From an uncultured Anaerolineaceae bacterium (lineage in GTDB: Bacteria > Chloroflexota > Anaerolineae > Anaerolineales > DRMV01), in NCBI GenBank assembly GCA_964435005.1, contig CAYSXA010000002.1, positions 1 to 60,979 on the forward strand: 60,979 nt of DNA. The letters run 5' to 3'. The stretch's first letter is position 1; every line of letters starts with the position of its first letter. Position numbers and translations under genes: made by a program. This document shows positions 1 to 9,927 of this stretch, one piece after another. Under the pieces are notes generated by a model that was not told the DNA's origin, made no database searches, and saw only the letters and a program-made list of their open reading frames with translations.

Positions 1-125
1 ATCTACTTTTGGCGCGTTCATGCTCCCAAGTCTACCTCAACTGCGTAACTCCTACCAGGTTTGGGAAGTTGAGAAAAGTGTCCCGCAACGGACGTCGACC
101 GTCGCACCGGCCCGCTGCGCGGGCG

Positions 126-134
126 TGATATACT
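126..134 (+). promoter_or_regulatory. candidate extended -10 box (TGATATACT) for the acyltransferase gene; possible leaderless transcript
   Basis: TGn-TATACT 9-mer. The identical 9-mer recurs at 10613-10621 upstream of argF. The hexamer ends 7 nt before the ATG at 142, with no Shine-Dalgarno in between. No convincing -35. Confidence 0.3.
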
Positions 135-141
135 CCGCCGC

Positions 142-837
142 ATGCAAAGGCTGCTTTCGTTCCTGTTTCAGCGCGTCTGGCCGGTTACGGTACAGGGCGC
201 AGAGCATCTACCGCGTCGCGGCCCGGCGGTCCTGGTCGCCAACCATGCTTCGTATCTCGACCCGCTGGTGCTGATGCACATCGCGCCGACGCCGCCGCGC
301 TTCCTGGTCTGGAAGAAGCACTACGAGACTCCCCTGCTGGGGCAACTCTACCGCGCCATGCACGCCATCCCGGTGGACATCTGGAGCGGCGGTCAGGCCA
401 TCGGACACCGGGTGTATCGCACCGCGCTGAACCATTTGCGCTCAGGGGGGATTTTGGGGGTGTTTCCCGAAGGCGGGCGCTGTCCCGAAGGGCGTTTTCT
501 GAAGTGGCGCACGGGCGCGGCGCGGCTGGCGTTGTCCAGCGGCGCGGAGGTGGTGCCGATCACGCTGAACGGCACGTATCGCGCCTGGCCAATGCACCGC
601 GCACCGCGCCGCGCGCCCATCACCGCCACGGTGCACCCGCCAGTGGACGTGCGCCGCTGGCAAGGGATGCCAGGCCGCGAAGCCGCCGCCGCACTGACCG
701 CGCACCTGCGCGCTGTGGTCGCCTCGGCCTACGTTCCCCCTGCCCCCGCCGACTTGCCGCCGCCAGACTGGGCAAATCCCTATCTGTCCGACCCGCGCTG
801 GCGCGAGGCACTGGACGACGGCTCCTTGCCTTCCTGA
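142..837 (+). CDS. 1-acyl-sn-glycerol-3-phosphate acyltransferase family protein (PlsC-like)
   Basis: 231-aa ORF with acyltransferase block NHASYLD (HX4D) and block FPEGGR in the expected order. Confidence 0.8.
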   Translation: MQRLLSFLFQRVWPVTVQGAEHLPRRGPAVLVANHASYLDPLVLMHIAPTPPRFLVWKKHYETPLLGQLYRAMHAIPVDIWSGGQAIGHRVYRTALNHLRSGGILGVFPEGGRCPEGRFLKWRTGAARLALSSGAEVVPITLNGTYRAWPMHRAPRRAPITATVHPPVDVRRWQGMPGREAAAALTAHLRAVVASAYVPPAPADLPPPDWANPYLSDPRWREALDDGSLPS

Positions 838-2261
838 ACAGCGACCGCCGCGCGGATTTCCTCCAGCACCACATCCAGGTCAGTTTCGCGCGTGCGGTGG
901 GAGACGAAGCATGCGCGTAGCGCAACTTGCCTATCAATCAGGGTATCCGAAAGGAAAACACGGCCTCGACGCCGCAGCCGAAACGCGAGCGCACGATTGA
1001 TCTCGTCCAACCGCGCAGGGTCGTCCACCTGCGGCGGGTGATAGCGAAAGGCCACGATTCCCAGGGGCGCGGGGGCCAGCACTTCAAAATCCGGCGCGGC
1101 CTCCAGGCGGCGCACGAACGCTTCTGCCAGGGCGTACTCCGCCGCGAGCGCCTGCGCCAGGGCGTCCACTCCATACGTCTTCAGAGTAAGGTAGATCTTC
1201 AACGCGCGGAAAGAGCGCGAGAGTTGAGGGCCGTAATCGCGGAAGTTGATAGGGGCATCGGGTGCGCTGTTGGGCAGGTAATCCGTGGGGGTATGAAAGG
1301 CCGCGCGCAGCGTTTCGGCGTCGCGCACCAGCGCGCAACCGGCCTCGAAGGGGATGAACAGCGTCTTGTGGGGGTCGAAGGCGAAGGAATCCGCCATCTC
1401 CAGCCCGCGCGCCAGATATTGCTTTTCGGGCACCAGGTTCACCATGCCACCGTAGGCCCCGTCCACGTGCAGCCAGACGCCCTCTGCGCGGCACACCGCG
1501 CCCACCGATTCCAGATCGTCGCACGCGCCCGTGTTCACTGTACCCAGCGTGGCAACCACTGCCAGCGGGCGGTAACCAGCGGCCCGATCCGCGCGGATAC
1601 GGTCTTTCAGCGCGGCAGCGTCCATACGCCATTGGGCATCCGTGGGGATGAACCGCAGCGCGCGGCGGCCCAGTCCCATCATCTCAGCGGCCTTAACCAC
1701 TGAGTAGTGCGTCTCCTGCGTCAGGTAGAGCGTGAAAGGGGGCGCACCCGCCAGGCCGCGCTCGCGCACCTGGGGGTCGGCGGCCTGTCGAGCAGCGAGC
1801 AGACAGGTGAAATTCGCCATCGAGCCGCCGGAGGTCAACACCCCGCCGGCGGAGAGCGGGTAGCCGCTCATCTCTTTCAACCAGTCCAGCACCAGGCGCT
1901 CCACCTCGCTGGCGGCGGGCGCGCCTTCCCACACCGCCACGGACTGATTGAGCACCGCCGCCAGCGCCTCGGCGTAGATCGCCGCCGCCAGCGGCGAGGT
2001 GCGGATCCAGGCCAGAAAGCGCGGATGCCCCACGCGCACCGACCAGGAAGCCACCTTCTGGAAAGCATCGTCCAACGCGGCATCCACCCCCTGCGGATCG
2101 CGGGGCAGCGGCTCGCGCAGCAGATCGCGCAGGCGCGCAGGTGAGAGGCCAGGTGGCACAACCGGGTCGTCGCCCACGATCGTCAAATAGCGGGTGATGA
2201 ACTCCATCACCCGCTTGCCCATGCGTTCGATTTGTTCGGATTCGAGTTCCAAATCGGCCAT
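780..2261 (-). CDS. PLP-dependent group II amino-acid decarboxylase
   Basis: Motifs SGGSMANF and HVDGAYGG, plus the PLP-lysine context FDPHKTLF. I place the start at the ATG overlapping the thiolase stop (TGATG at 2259-2263) rather than the GTG at 2276. The 3' end overlaps the convergent acyltransferase gene by 58 nt. Confidence 0.8.
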   Translation of the reverse strand: MADLELESEQIERMGKRVMEFITRYLTIVGDDPVVPPGLSPARLRDLLREPLPRDPQGVDAALDDAFQKVASWSVRVGHPRFLAWIRTSPLAAAIYAEALAAVLNQSVAVWEGAPAASEVERLVLDWLKEMSGYPLSAGGVLTSGGSMANFTCLLAARQAADPQVRERGLAGAPPFTLYLTQETHYSVVKAAEMMGLGRRALRFIPTDAQWRMDAAALKDRIRADRAAGYRPLAVVATLGTVNTGACDDLESVGAVCRAEGVWLHVDGAYGGMVNLVPEKQYLARGLEMADSFAFDPHKTLFIPFEAGCALVRDAETLRAAFHTPTDYLPNSAPDAPINFRDYGPQLSRSFRALKIYLTLKTYGVDALAQALAAEYALAEAFVRRLEAAPDFEVLAPAPLGIVAFRYHPPQVDDPARLDEINRALAFRLRRRGRVFLSDTLIDRQVALRACFVSHRTRETDLDVVLEEIRAAVAVQEGKEPSSSASRQRGSDR

Positions 2262-3481
2262 CAATCGCCAATCCACTCAAAAATGGTACTCTCGCCCTGG
2301 CCGATGCCCACGCACAGCGTCGCCAGGCCGTAGAAGGGGCGCGGCTCGCGTGGTGCACGGCGGCGCATCTCATGTACCAGCGTGGTCACGATGCGCGCAC
2401 CAGTGCATCCCAGCGGATGCCCCAGCGCAATCGCGCCGCCGTTCACGTTGGTGATCTCGTGGCGCATTCCCAATTCGCGCATCACCGCCAGCGCCTGCAC
2501 CGCGAAGGCCTCGTTCAGTTCGATCAGGCGGATGTCGTCCATGGTCAGGCCGGCGCGTTGCAACGCCTTGCGGGTGGCGGGAATCGGGCCGTAACCCATC
2601 GTGCGCGGGTTCACCCCGGCGGCGGCGCTCACCACCCAGCGCGCCATCGGCTTCAGACCAAGTTCGCGGGCTTTGGTCTCACTCATCAGCAACACCGCAG
2701 CCGCCCCGTCGTTGATGCCCGACGCGTTCCCCGCCGTGACCGTGCCGTTCTTGCGAAAGACCGGGCGCAGGCGCGCCAGTTTCTCCAGCGAGGTGTCGCG
2801 GCGCGGACGCTCGTCGGTGTCCACCAGGATCGGATCGCCTTTGCGCTGCGGCACAGGGACAGGCACAATTTCTTCAGCGAATTTGCCCGAATCGATAGCG
2901 GCGATCGCCCGCCGATGGCTTTCCAGCGCGAAGGCGTCCTGCTCCTCGCGCGAGATACCGGTCTCCTCGTAGATGTTCTCGGCGGTCTCGCCCATACCTT
3001 CCAGCGGGAACATGGCCTCCATACGCGGGTTGGGGAAGCGCCAGCCGATGGTGGTATCCCACATGGTGAGGTTGCCCCAGGGATAGGGGCGCTCCCCTTT
3101 CGGGACGGCATACGGCGCGCGGGACATGCTTTCCACACCGCCCGCGATGAACACGTCGCCTTCACCGAGCTTGATCGCCCGCGCCGCCTGGTTGATGGCC
3201 GTCAGGCTGGAAGCACACAGACGGTTGAAGGTCACACCAGCCACCGAATGCGGGAACCCGGCCAGCAGCGCAGCCATGCGGGCCACGTTGCGATTGTCCT
3301 CACCAGCCTGGTTGGCGCAGCCGAGATAAACTTCCTCAATCAGCGACGGGTCGAGGTTGTTGCGCTCCACCAGCGCACGCAACACCAACGCAGCCAGGTC
3401 GTCCGGGCGCACGGCGGCCAGCGCGCCCCCGTGGTTCCCGATTGGCGTGCGGACGGCGTCCACGATCACGGCTTCGGGCAT
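2261..3481 (-). CDS. acetyl-CoA C-acetyltransferase (thiolase II)
   Basis: 406 aa. N-terminus [15 protein letters not shown], nucleophile context NRLCASSL, C-terminal [10 protein letters not shown] and CVGIGQG. Confidence 0.9.
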   Translation of the reverse strand: MPEAVIVDAVRTPIGNHGGALAAVRPDDLAALVLRALVERNNLDPSLIEEVYLGCANQAGEDNRNVARMAALLAGFPHSVAGVTFNRLCASSLTAINQAARAIKLGEGDVFIAGGVESMSRAPYAVPKGERPYPWGNLTMWDTTIGWRFPNPRMEAMFPLEGMGETAENIYEETGISREEQDAFALESHRRAIAAIDSGKFAEEIVPVPVPQRKGDPILVDTDERPRRDTSLEKLARLRPVFRKNGTVTAGNASGINDGAAAVLLMSETKARELGLKPMARWVVSAAAGVNPRTMGYGPIPATRKALQRAGLTMDDIRLIELNEAFAVQALAVMRELGMRHEITNVNGGAIALGHPLGCTGARIVTTLVHEMRRRAPREPRPFYGLATLCVGIGQGESTIFEWIGD

Positions 3482-3533
3482 GGCTCCCTCCTCCTCACAA
3501 GGTTTTCGGCTCCCTCATCTCTCCCCAACCCGG

Positions 3534-3568
3534 CCCCCTCCCCTCTCCCAATGGGAGAGGGGAGGGGG
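3534..3568. repeat. perfect 16-bp C-run/G-run hairpin (CCCCCTCCCCTCTCCC-aat-GGGAGAGGGGAGGGGG), member of a repeat family
   Basis: Read directly. It lies 40 nt downstream of the epimerase stop (minus strand). Outer partial arms ccctca (3512-3517) / tgaggg (3596-3601). Sister copies at 13875-13912 and 59535-59571. Confidence 0.85.
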
Positions 3569-3607
3569 AAGCGGTCACCAGGCCGCAGGGGTGGGGTGAG
3601 GGCTATG

Positions 3608-4546
3608 CTACGACGCCTCCACGAGTTGAAAGCGCGGGTCGCGTTCCAGCGTGCGGCGCAGGCCCTCTTCCAGCGAAAAGCGCGGCTGATAGTTCAACTT
3701 CTCCCGCGCGCGGGTCAAATCCGCGCACAGGCGCGGCACGCCGGAGCTTTTGTGCGGGTTGTACACCACGTTAGCGCGGCTGTCCGTCAGGCGAAGCACC
3801 ATCTCCGCCAGTTCGCGCACGCTGGTTTCCGTGCCACTGCCAATGTTGATGACCTCCTGATCCACACTCGGTGCAGTCGCAGCGGCCACCATCGCGCTCA
3901 CCACGTCATCTACATAGACGTAATCACGCGTTTGCGAGCCATCGTTATGGATAACCAGCGTTCCGCCGTTCGTCGCCTGCTGCAAGAAGTAGGGAATCAC
4001 CGGCGGATGCGAGGGCGGCAGGTGTTGTCCCGGCCCGTAGGCGTTGAACACCCGCAGGCAGACCGCCTCAATGCCGTACAGCGCGCCGATGGTACGCACG
4101 TAATACTCCGCCGAGAGCTTGCTCACCGCGTAGGGGGAGTCCGGGCGCGGCCTCAGCTCCTCGCGCACCGGCTGTTCATCCTGGCGACCGTACACCGCGC
4201 CAGAGGAGACCAGCACCACGCGGCGCACCCCCACGTCGCGCATGGCCTCCATCAGGCTGACCGTGCCGCCCACGTTCACCGCGTTGTACTCGCGCGGATA
4301 GAGCACGGACTCCGGCACGGAAACACGCGCCGCCAGGTGGTACACCACGTCCACGTCCTGGAGCAGCGTCCAGAGTTTCGGGCGGTCGTTCACGTCGCCG
4401 CGAGTGAAGAGCACATCGGGGGAAAGCGCCGCCGGATTGCCCGCCGAAAGGTCGTCCAGGCCGCGCACCTGATGCCCTTCACGTGCCAGACGGTTGGCGA
4501 GCGCGCTTCCCAGGAATCCAGCAGCGCCCGTAATCAGAAAGTTCAT
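3608..4546 (-). CDS. NAD-dependent epimerase/dehydratase (GalE-like extended SDR)
   Basis: 312 aa. Rossmann motif ITGAAGFLGS and catalytic YxxxK (YAVSK). Confidence 0.8.
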   Translation of the reverse strand: MNFLITGAAGFLGSALANRLAREGHQVRGLDDLSAGNPAALSPDVLFTRGDVNDRPKLWTLLQDVDVVYHLAARVSVPESVLYPREYNAVNVGGTVSLMEAMRDVGVRRVVLVSSGAVYGRQDEQPVREELRPRPDSPYAVSKLSAEYYVRTIGALYGIEAVCLRVFNAYGPGQHLPPSHPPVIPYFLQQATNGGTLVIHNDGSQTRDYVYVDDVVSAMVAAATAPSVDQEVINIGSGTETSVRELAEMVLRLTDSRANVVYNPHKSSGVPRLCADLTRAREKLNYQPRFSLEEGLRRTLERDPRFQLVEAS

Positions 4547-4583
4547 TGGCCTCCTGTCAGGTCAGGCTGAGGGATGATGTTTC

Positions 4584-4592
4584 ATTATAGCA
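4584..4592 (-). promoter_or_regulatory. candidate extended -10 box (TGCTATAAT on minus strand) for the epimerase-thiolase-decarboxylase operon
   Basis: attatagca on the plus strand is the reverse complement of TGCTATAAT. It lies 38 nt upstream of the epimerase ATG, back to back with the plus-strand copy at 4611-4619. Confidence 0.4.
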
Positions 4593-4610
4593 CGAGAGGA
4601 AAGACGGCTA

Positions 4611-4619
4611 TGCTATAAT
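4611..4619 (+). promoter_or_regulatory. candidate extended -10 box TGCTATAAT for the mutase gene
   Basis: Perfect TGn+TATAAT. The downstream leader carries AAGGAGAAG before the ATG at 4683. Confidence 0.4.
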
Positions 4620-4682
4620 CGCGTCTAAAGGACATGAAGGCCAGGAACGCCACCACCGGTAATTAGTTTAAGGAGAAGAGCC

Positions 4683-6368
4683 ATGGCGCTGTACGACGAG
4701 AAGACGCTGGAAGAAATCCGCCGCGCGAAGGAGCAATGGGAAGAGACCACGCTCAAGCGCACCCTGGAACGCTTCCCGGAGCGTCGCGAGGAGTTCATCA
4801 CCGCTTCGTCCGAGCCGGTGGAGCGCATCTACACCCCGCTGGACGTGGCCGACATGGACTATCTGCGCGACCTGGGGATGCCCGGCGAGTACCCCTTCAC
4901 ACGCGGCATCCACGCCACCATGCACCGGGGCAAATTGTGGACGATGCGCATGTTCGCCGGCTTCGGCACCGCCGAGGAGACCAACCAGCGCTTCAAATAC
5001 CTGCTGGAACAGGGGCAAACCGGCCTCTCCGTGGCCTTCGACCTGCCCACACTCATGGGCTACGACACTGACTCGCCGGAAGCGGAAGGCGAGTTCGGCA
5101 AGTGCGGCGTGGCCGTCTCCTCGCTCAAGGACATGGAAGTGCTGTTCGAAGGCATCCCGCTGGACAAGGTCTCGACCAGCATGACGATCAATTCGCCAGC
5201 GGCGGTAATCTGGGCAATGTACATCGCCACGGCAGAAAAGCAGGGCGTGCGCCCCGACCAGTTGCGCGGCACGATTCAGAACGACATCCTGAAAGAGTAC
5301 ATTGCGCAGAAGGAGTACATCTTCCCACCGGAGCCGTCCATGCGGCTGGTGGTGGACACCATCGAATACGGGAGCCAGCACCTGCCGCTGTGGAACACCA
5401 TCAGCATCAGCGGCTACCACATCCGCGAGGCCGGCTCTACGGCGGCGCAGGAACTGGCCTTCACCCTTTCAGACGGGCTGGAATACGTGCGCTGGGCACT
5501 GGATCGTGGGCTGGACATTGACGAGTTCGCCCCGCGCCTGTCCTTCTTCTTCAACGCACACAACGATTTCTTTGAAGAGATCGCCAAATACCGCGCTGCA
5601 CGGCGCATCTGGGCGCGCGAGATGCGCGAGACCTTTGGCGCAAAGAACCCGCGCTCCTGGCTGATGCGCTTCCACACGCAGACCGCCGGTTGCACGCTCA
5701 CCGCGCAGCAACCGGAAATCAACGTGGTGCGCGTCGCCATCCAGGCGCTGGCGGCGGTGCTCGGTGGCACGCAGTCGCTGCACACCAACAGCCTGGACGA
5801 GGCGCTGGCATTGCCTTCGGAGAAAGCGGTCACCATCGCGCTGCGCACGCAGCAAATCATCGCCGAGGAATCCGGTGTGGCGAACACCATCGACCCGCTG
5901 GGTGGCTCGTTCTTCGTCGAGGCGCTCACCAACCGCCTGGAGCGTCAGGCATACGATTACTTCCGCCGCATTGAGGAACTCGGCGGCGTGCTGCCGGCCA
6001 TCGAAAAGGGCTTCTTCCAGCAGGAGATTTCGGACGCCGCCTACCGCTACCAGATGGAAATCGATGCGAACATCCGTAAAATCGTGGGCGTGAACGCCTA
6101 CAACGACCACAAGCCGTTCGAGATTCCGCTGCTGGAGATGGATCCGCGCGGCTACGAGCGCCAGGTCTCCCGGCTGAAGCAGGTGCGCCGCGAACGCGAC
6201 AACGGGCGCGTAGGCCAGGCGCTCGACCGGTTGCGCATTGCCTGTCAGGGCACCGAGAACACCATGCCCTACATCCTGGACGCCGTGCGCGCCTACGCCA
6301 CGCTGGGCGAAATCATCGGCGTGATGAAAGAGGTGTTCGGCGTGTACGCCGAGCCGACCTGGGTGTGA
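4683..6368 (+). CDS. methylmalonyl-CoA mutase family, catalytic (large) subunit without B12-binding domain
   Basis: 561 aa. [36 protein letters not shown] and SGYHIREAG are typical of the acyl-CoA mutase barrel. No DxHxxG B12-binding module in this ORF. Confidence 0.85.
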   Translation: MALYDEKTLEEIRRAKEQWEETTLKRTLERFPERREEFITASSEPVERIYTPLDVADMDYLRDLGMPGEYPFTRGIHATMHRGKLWTMRMFAGFGTAEETNQRFKYLLEQGQTGLSVAFDLPTLMGYDTDSPEAEGEFGKCGVAVSSLKDMEVLFEGIPLDKVSTSMTINSPAAVIWAMYIATAEKQGVRPDQLRGTIQNDILKEYIAQKEYIFPPEPSMRLVVDTIEYGSQHLPLWNTISISGYHIREAGSTAAQELAFTLSDGLEYVRWALDRGLDIDEFAPRLSFFFNAHNDFFEEIAKYRAARRIWAREMRETFGAKNPRSWLMRFHTQTAGCTLTAQQPEINVVRVAIQALAAVLGGTQSLHTNSLDEALALPSEKAVTIALRTQQIIAEESGVANTIDPLGGSFFVEALTNRLERQAYDYFRRIEELGGVLPAIEKGFFQQEISDAAYRYQMEIDANIRKIVGVNAYNDHKPFEIPLLEMDPRGYERQVSRLKQVRRERDNGRVGQALDRLRIACQGTENTMPYILDAVRAYATLGEIIGVMKEVFGVYAEPTWV

Positions 6369-6406
6369 GCACGCGGCGGAAAACGGGCTTTATCCCATTT
6401 CCAATC

Positions 6407-6446
6407 AGCAGACCTGACAGGTCTTGGGAGACCTGTCAGGTCTGCT
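6407..6446. repeat. perfect 18-bp inverted repeat with 4-nt loop (AGCAGACCTGACAGGTCT-tggg-AGACCTGTCAGGTCTGCT); terminator-like hairpin or double operator
   Basis: Read directly, 39 nt after the mutase stop. Each arm is itself a near-palindrome (AGACCTGnCAGGTCT). No T-tract follows. Confidence 0.6.
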
Positions 6447-6461
6447 CATTAGAAACAGACG

Positions 6462-6470
6462 TGCTATAAT
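6462..6470 (+). promoter_or_regulatory. candidate extended -10 box TGCTATAAT for ftsK
   Basis: Perfect TGn+TATAAT 21 nt upstream of the ftsK ATG; AGGAAAC Shine-Dalgarno lies between. Confidence 0.4.
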
Positions 6471-6490
6471 TTCCGCACAGGAAACAGCCC

Positions 6491-8800
6491 ATGCCGGCAA
6501 AACAATCGAAACCCAAACCGAAGAAGAAAAAATCGTCCACGAGGGGCAAGAAGGCCAGTCAGGCGAGCCGTGGTAAACGCACACGTGCGACGCGCAAGGC
6601 ACCGGCGAAAGCCACCCCGGTGTCGTTGCCTCGCGCGCCGTTGATTCAACTCTCGCCTGAGCGCAAGATGGACATCCTCGGCGTGCTGCTGGCAGTGACG
6701 GGTAGTATTGTGCTGCTCAGCCTGCTGCCCACCGGGGCCGGCCTGCTGGAGCGTTGGGCGACCTTCTGGAAACGCGCCTTCGGCTGGGGGGCATATCTCT
6801 TTCCCATCACCTTAATCCTGCTCGGCGTCTGGCTGATCCTGCGCGCGGTGGAACGCATCCCGCCACCCACCTCGGCGCGTATGCTCGGCGTGGCGCTGCT
6901 CTTCTTCGACCTGATCACCTGGCTGCACTTTTTCCTTTTCCCACAGAGCGTGGGTGAAGGGTACACGTTCGCTGCTGCCGGGCGAGGGGGCGGCTACGTG
7001 GGCGCCACCCTGGAGGGGGCGCTGGTCACCGCGCTGGGCTGGTGGGGCGCCGCGGTGGTACTGTTCGCCTTCCTGCTCATCGGGCTGGTGCTCGCGCTGG
7101 ACATCTCGGTGGTGGATCTGTTCCGCTGGATTCCGCCGCTCTGGCTGCGCCTGCAAGACGCGTGGGACGAGTGGCGCGCCACGCGCCGCAAGCGACCGGC
7201 GTACTCCGCCGGCGTCGCACCGGACGCGGCAACCACGCCGCCGCTGGATTCCCCCGCTGCCACAGCTGTGGCGCACACCGCCGACGAGCCCGCCCTGGCG
7301 GTGGAGCCGCGCTCCTGGGCTTTGCCCCCGGTGGCGGACATCCTGGATCCCGGCGACCAGATGAACGCGAGTGACGAAATCGACCGCGAGCGGGTGCGCA
7401 TCATCGAAGAGACACTGGCCTCCTTCGGCGCGCCGGCGCATGTGGTGGAAATCAACCGCGGCCCGACGATCACCCAGTTCGGCGTGGAGCCGGATTTCAT
7501 CGAGCGCGGCGGACGCCGCACGCGCGTGCGCGTGGGCAAGATCGCCGCGCTGGCCGACGACCTGGCACTGGCGCTCGCCGCCCAGCGCATCCGCATCCAG
7601 GCGCCGGTTCCCGGCAAGGGCTATGTGGGCATCGAGGTACCCAACGAGCGGATCAGCCTGGTTGCGCTGCGCGACATCATCGAAAGCGAAGCCTTCCAGC
7701 GACTGAAATCGCCGCTGCGCATCGCGCTGGGCCAGGATGTCTCCGGCAACGCGGTGGCCGCCGACCTGACCACCATGCCCCACCTGCTGGTTGCCGGTGC
7801 GACGGGGTCGGGCAAATCCGTGTGCGTGAACGCCATTGTGTGCTGCCTGCTGCTGCATAACACGCCGGACGACCTGCGCCTGCTCATGGTGGATCCCAAG
7901 CGGGTGGAACTGACCGGTTACAACGGCATCCCGCACCTGCTGGCGCCGGTGGTGGTCGAGATGGACCGCGTGATCGGCGCGCTGCAATGGGTCACCCGCG
8001 AGATGGACAGCCGCTACCAGAAGTTCGCCGAGGTTGGCGCGCGCAACCTGGCAGATTACAACGCCCGCATGGTCGCGCAAGGGCAACCCAGGCTGCCCTA
8101 CCTGGTAGTGGTGATCGACGAACTCGCCGACCTGATGATGCTCGCGCCCGACGAGACCGAGCGCACGCTCACCCGGCTGGCGCAACTGGCACGCGCCACG
8201 GGCATCCACCTGATCGTGTCCACCCAGCGCCCTTCCACGGACGTGGTGACCGGGTTGATCAAGGCGAACTTCCCGGCGCGCATCGCCTTCGCCGTGGCCT
8301 CCGGCGTGGACAGCCGCGTGATCCTCGATCAGCCGGGCGCAGAGCGGCTGCTGGGGCGCGGTGACATGCTCTTCCAGGCACCGGACGCGCCGGCGCCGGT
8401 GCGTCTGCAGGGCGCCTACGTCTCCGACAACGAGATCGCCCGCCTGGTGATGTACTGGCGCGGGTTCTCCGGCCTGGTGGAAACCACCCCGGTCGCCAGC
8501 CAGCGCCCCGTGGACGCACCGCCCAACGGCATCCCGCTGAAGCAAAAGCCGCTCTGGGAAGACATGGAGCCAAAAGAAGACCTGGATCCGCTGTTCGACG
8601 AAGCAGTAGCGCTGGTACGCCGCCAGGGACGCGCCTCGATCTCCATGCTCCAGCGCCGCCTGCGGATCGGCTACACCCGCGCCGCGCGGCTGATCGAAAC
8701 CATGGAAGACAAGGGGATTGTCAGTCCGCCGCAACCGGGCACCCATCAGCGTGAAGTGCTGGACTACGGCCCGGCCGCCCCACCTGCAGACGAAAACTGA
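6491..8800 (+). CDS. ftsK: DNA translocase FtsK
   Basis: 769 aa. Basic N-terminus and 4-5 TM helices, Walker A GATGSGKS, Walker B VVVIDELADL, C-terminal winged-helix gamma domain ISMLQRRLRIGYTRAARLIETMEDKGIV. Confidence 0.92.
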   Translation: MPAKQSKPKPKKKKSSTRGKKASQASRGKRTRATRKAPAKATPVSLPRAPLIQLSPERKMDILGVLLAVTGSIVLLSLLPTGAGLLERWATFWKRAFGWGAYLFPITLILLGVWLILRAVERIPPPTSARMLGVALLFFDLITWLHFFLFPQSVGEGYTFAAAGRGGGYVGATLEGALVTALGWWGAAVVLFAFLLIGLVLALDISVVDLFRWIPPLWLRLQDAWDEWRATRRKRPAYSAGVAPDAATTPPLDSPAATAVAHTADEPALAVEPRSWALPPVADILDPGDQMNASDEIDRERVRIIEETLASFGAPAHVVEINRGPTITQFGVEPDFIERGGRRTRVRVGKIAALADDLALALAAQRIRIQAPVPGKGYVGIEVPNERISLVALRDIIESEAFQRLKSPLRIALGQDVSGNAVAADLTTMPHLLVAGATGSGKSVCVNAIVCCLLLHNTPDDLRLLMVDPKRVELTGYNGIPHLLAPVVVEMDRVIGALQWVTREMDSRYQKFAEVGARNLADYNARMVAQGQPRLPYLVVVIDELADLMMLAPDETERTLTRLAQLARATGIHLIVSTQRPSTDVVTGLIKANFPARIAFAVASGVDSRVILDQPGAERLLGRGDMLFQAPDAPAPVRLQGAYVSDNEIARLVMYWRGFSGLVETTPVASQRPVDAPPNGIPLKQKPLWEDMEPKEDLDPLFDEAVALVRRQGRASISMLQRRLRIGYTRAARLIETMEDKGIVSPPQPGTHQREVLDYGPAAPPADEN

Positions 8801-8834
8801 CCCCAGAACCCGCCGCCAGACCACCTGCGTGAGA

Positions 8835-9857
8835 ATGGCGGGCTATTGCATCTCCATTTCGATTGCCATGCTTTCTGCCATTGACCATCGCTACCTGCAT
8901 CGGACGACTCGCGGGCTGTTGCTGACCACTTTGCTGATCCTCTCCTCGGCGTGCGCCAGCCCCGCGGTTCGCGCCTACCCGCCACCGCAGGCAACGGCTT
9001 CGCTGGCTCCACCAACCTCCACACGCATTAAGCGGTCTTCCACGCCGACACCTGCAATCAACCCCACCCCCCCGAACGACTCCGCTTCGCCCACCGCCAC
9101 CCCGACTGTCCCGGTGCCTACGCCCACTCCCACCATTGACCTGAGCGCCTGTCTGGCCGCCGGTGGGCGCATGGAACGCCACCGCCTGCGCACCGAACTG
9201 CTGCCCCAGGCACTGGAATACCGCATCTACCTGCCCCCATGCTACGACCAGCAACCCGACCGTCACTATCCAGTGCTGTATCTGATCCACGGCCAGTCTT
9301 ACACGGACGATCAATGGGATCGCCTGGGCGCAGATGACGCCGCCGACATACTGATCGGCACCGGCGAAATCCCCCCACTGATCATTGTCATGCCGCGAGA
9401 CCGCGTGTGGAAGCAACCTTCCCAAGACAACTTCGGGCGGGCGATCATCGAGCAATTAATCCCCTTTGTGGATGAGGTTTACCGCACGCTGCCGGAGCGT
9501 CGCTTCCGCGCGATCGGCGGCCTGTCGCGTGGCGCGTCCTGGGCGGTGCATCTCGGCCTCTCCCACTGGGAGTTGTTCGGTGCCATTGGCGCGCACAGCC
9601 TGCCGGTGTTCTTCGAAGACGTGGGGCGGATCGACCGCTGGCTGAACGCCATCCCGATGGAACAATGGCCACGCATCTGGCTGGACATCGGCGACCACGA
9701 CTCGGAGAACCTGCGCACCTCCACCTCCTGGTTCGAGGAACGCCTGACGGAGCACGGTATCCCCCACGAATACTACGTGTTCCCCGGCTGGCACGACGAG
9801 AAGTACTGGGGCAGCCACGTGGAACTCTACCTGCGCTGGTACGCAGCGGACTGGTAA
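8835..9857 (+). CDS. secreted/lipid-anchored putative esterase (esterase D / enterochelin-esterase-like alpha/beta hydrolase)
   Basis: The ORF track starts at 8718 inside ftsK; I trimmed it to the first ATG after the ftsK stop. Hydrophobic N-terminus with lipobox-like LSSAC, a Pro/Thr-rich linker, then YLIHGQS and [10 protein letters not shown] (GxSxG). Confidence 0.65.
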   Translation: MAGYCISISIAMLSAIDHRYLHRTTRGLLLTTLLILSSACASPAVRAYPPPQATASLAPPTSTRIKRSSTPTPAINPTPPNDSASPTATPTVPVPTPTPTIDLSACLAAGGRMERHRLRTELLPQALEYRIYLPPCYDQQPDRHYPVLYLIHGQSYTDDQWDRLGADDAADILIGTGEIPPLIIVMPRDRVWKQPSQDNFGRAIIEQLIPFVDEVYRTLPERRFRAIGGLSRGASWAVHLGLSHWELFGAIGAHSLPVFFEDVGRIDRWLNAIPMEQWPRIWLDIGDHDSENLRTSTSWFEERLTEHGIPHEYYVFPGWHDEKYWGSHVELYLRWYAADW

Positions 9858-9883
9858 TGCCTTCCCCAACCAGCTAAGCAATC

Positions 9884-9911
9884 GGGGCGACCTTCTGGCC
9901 GCCCCTGTTTT
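9884..9911 (+). terminator. intrinsic terminator after the esterase gene
   Basis: GGGGCGACC-ttct-GGCCGCCCC (9-bp stem, one mismatch) followed by TGTTTT. Confidence 0.6.
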
Positions 9912-9927
9912 GCAATCGCAAACCGGC

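Noticed and set aside
780-837. 58-nt overlap of the convergent acyltransferase and decarboxylase 3' ends
   Set aside because: Plausible in a compact high-GC genome, and both frames carry family motifs up to near their ends. No further structure is seen in the overlap, so it is not reported as a finding.
2372-4570. 732-aa plus-strand ORF spanning the thiolase and epimerase loci
   Set aside because: It is antisense to two genes with strong family signatures. The translation is Arg/His/Gly/Ala-rich, low-complexity and motif-free. Long stop-free antisense frames are expected at this GC content.
4620-4682. Possible B12 riboswitch in the leader of the mutase gene
   Set aside because: The leader is only about 60 nt and lacks anything resembling the conserved B12-box. 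It is too short for a cobalamin aptamer.
6812-8824. 670-aa minus-strand ORF opposite ftsK
   Set aside because: Same high-GC antisense artefact. FtsK on the plus strand has Walker A/B and the gamma domain.
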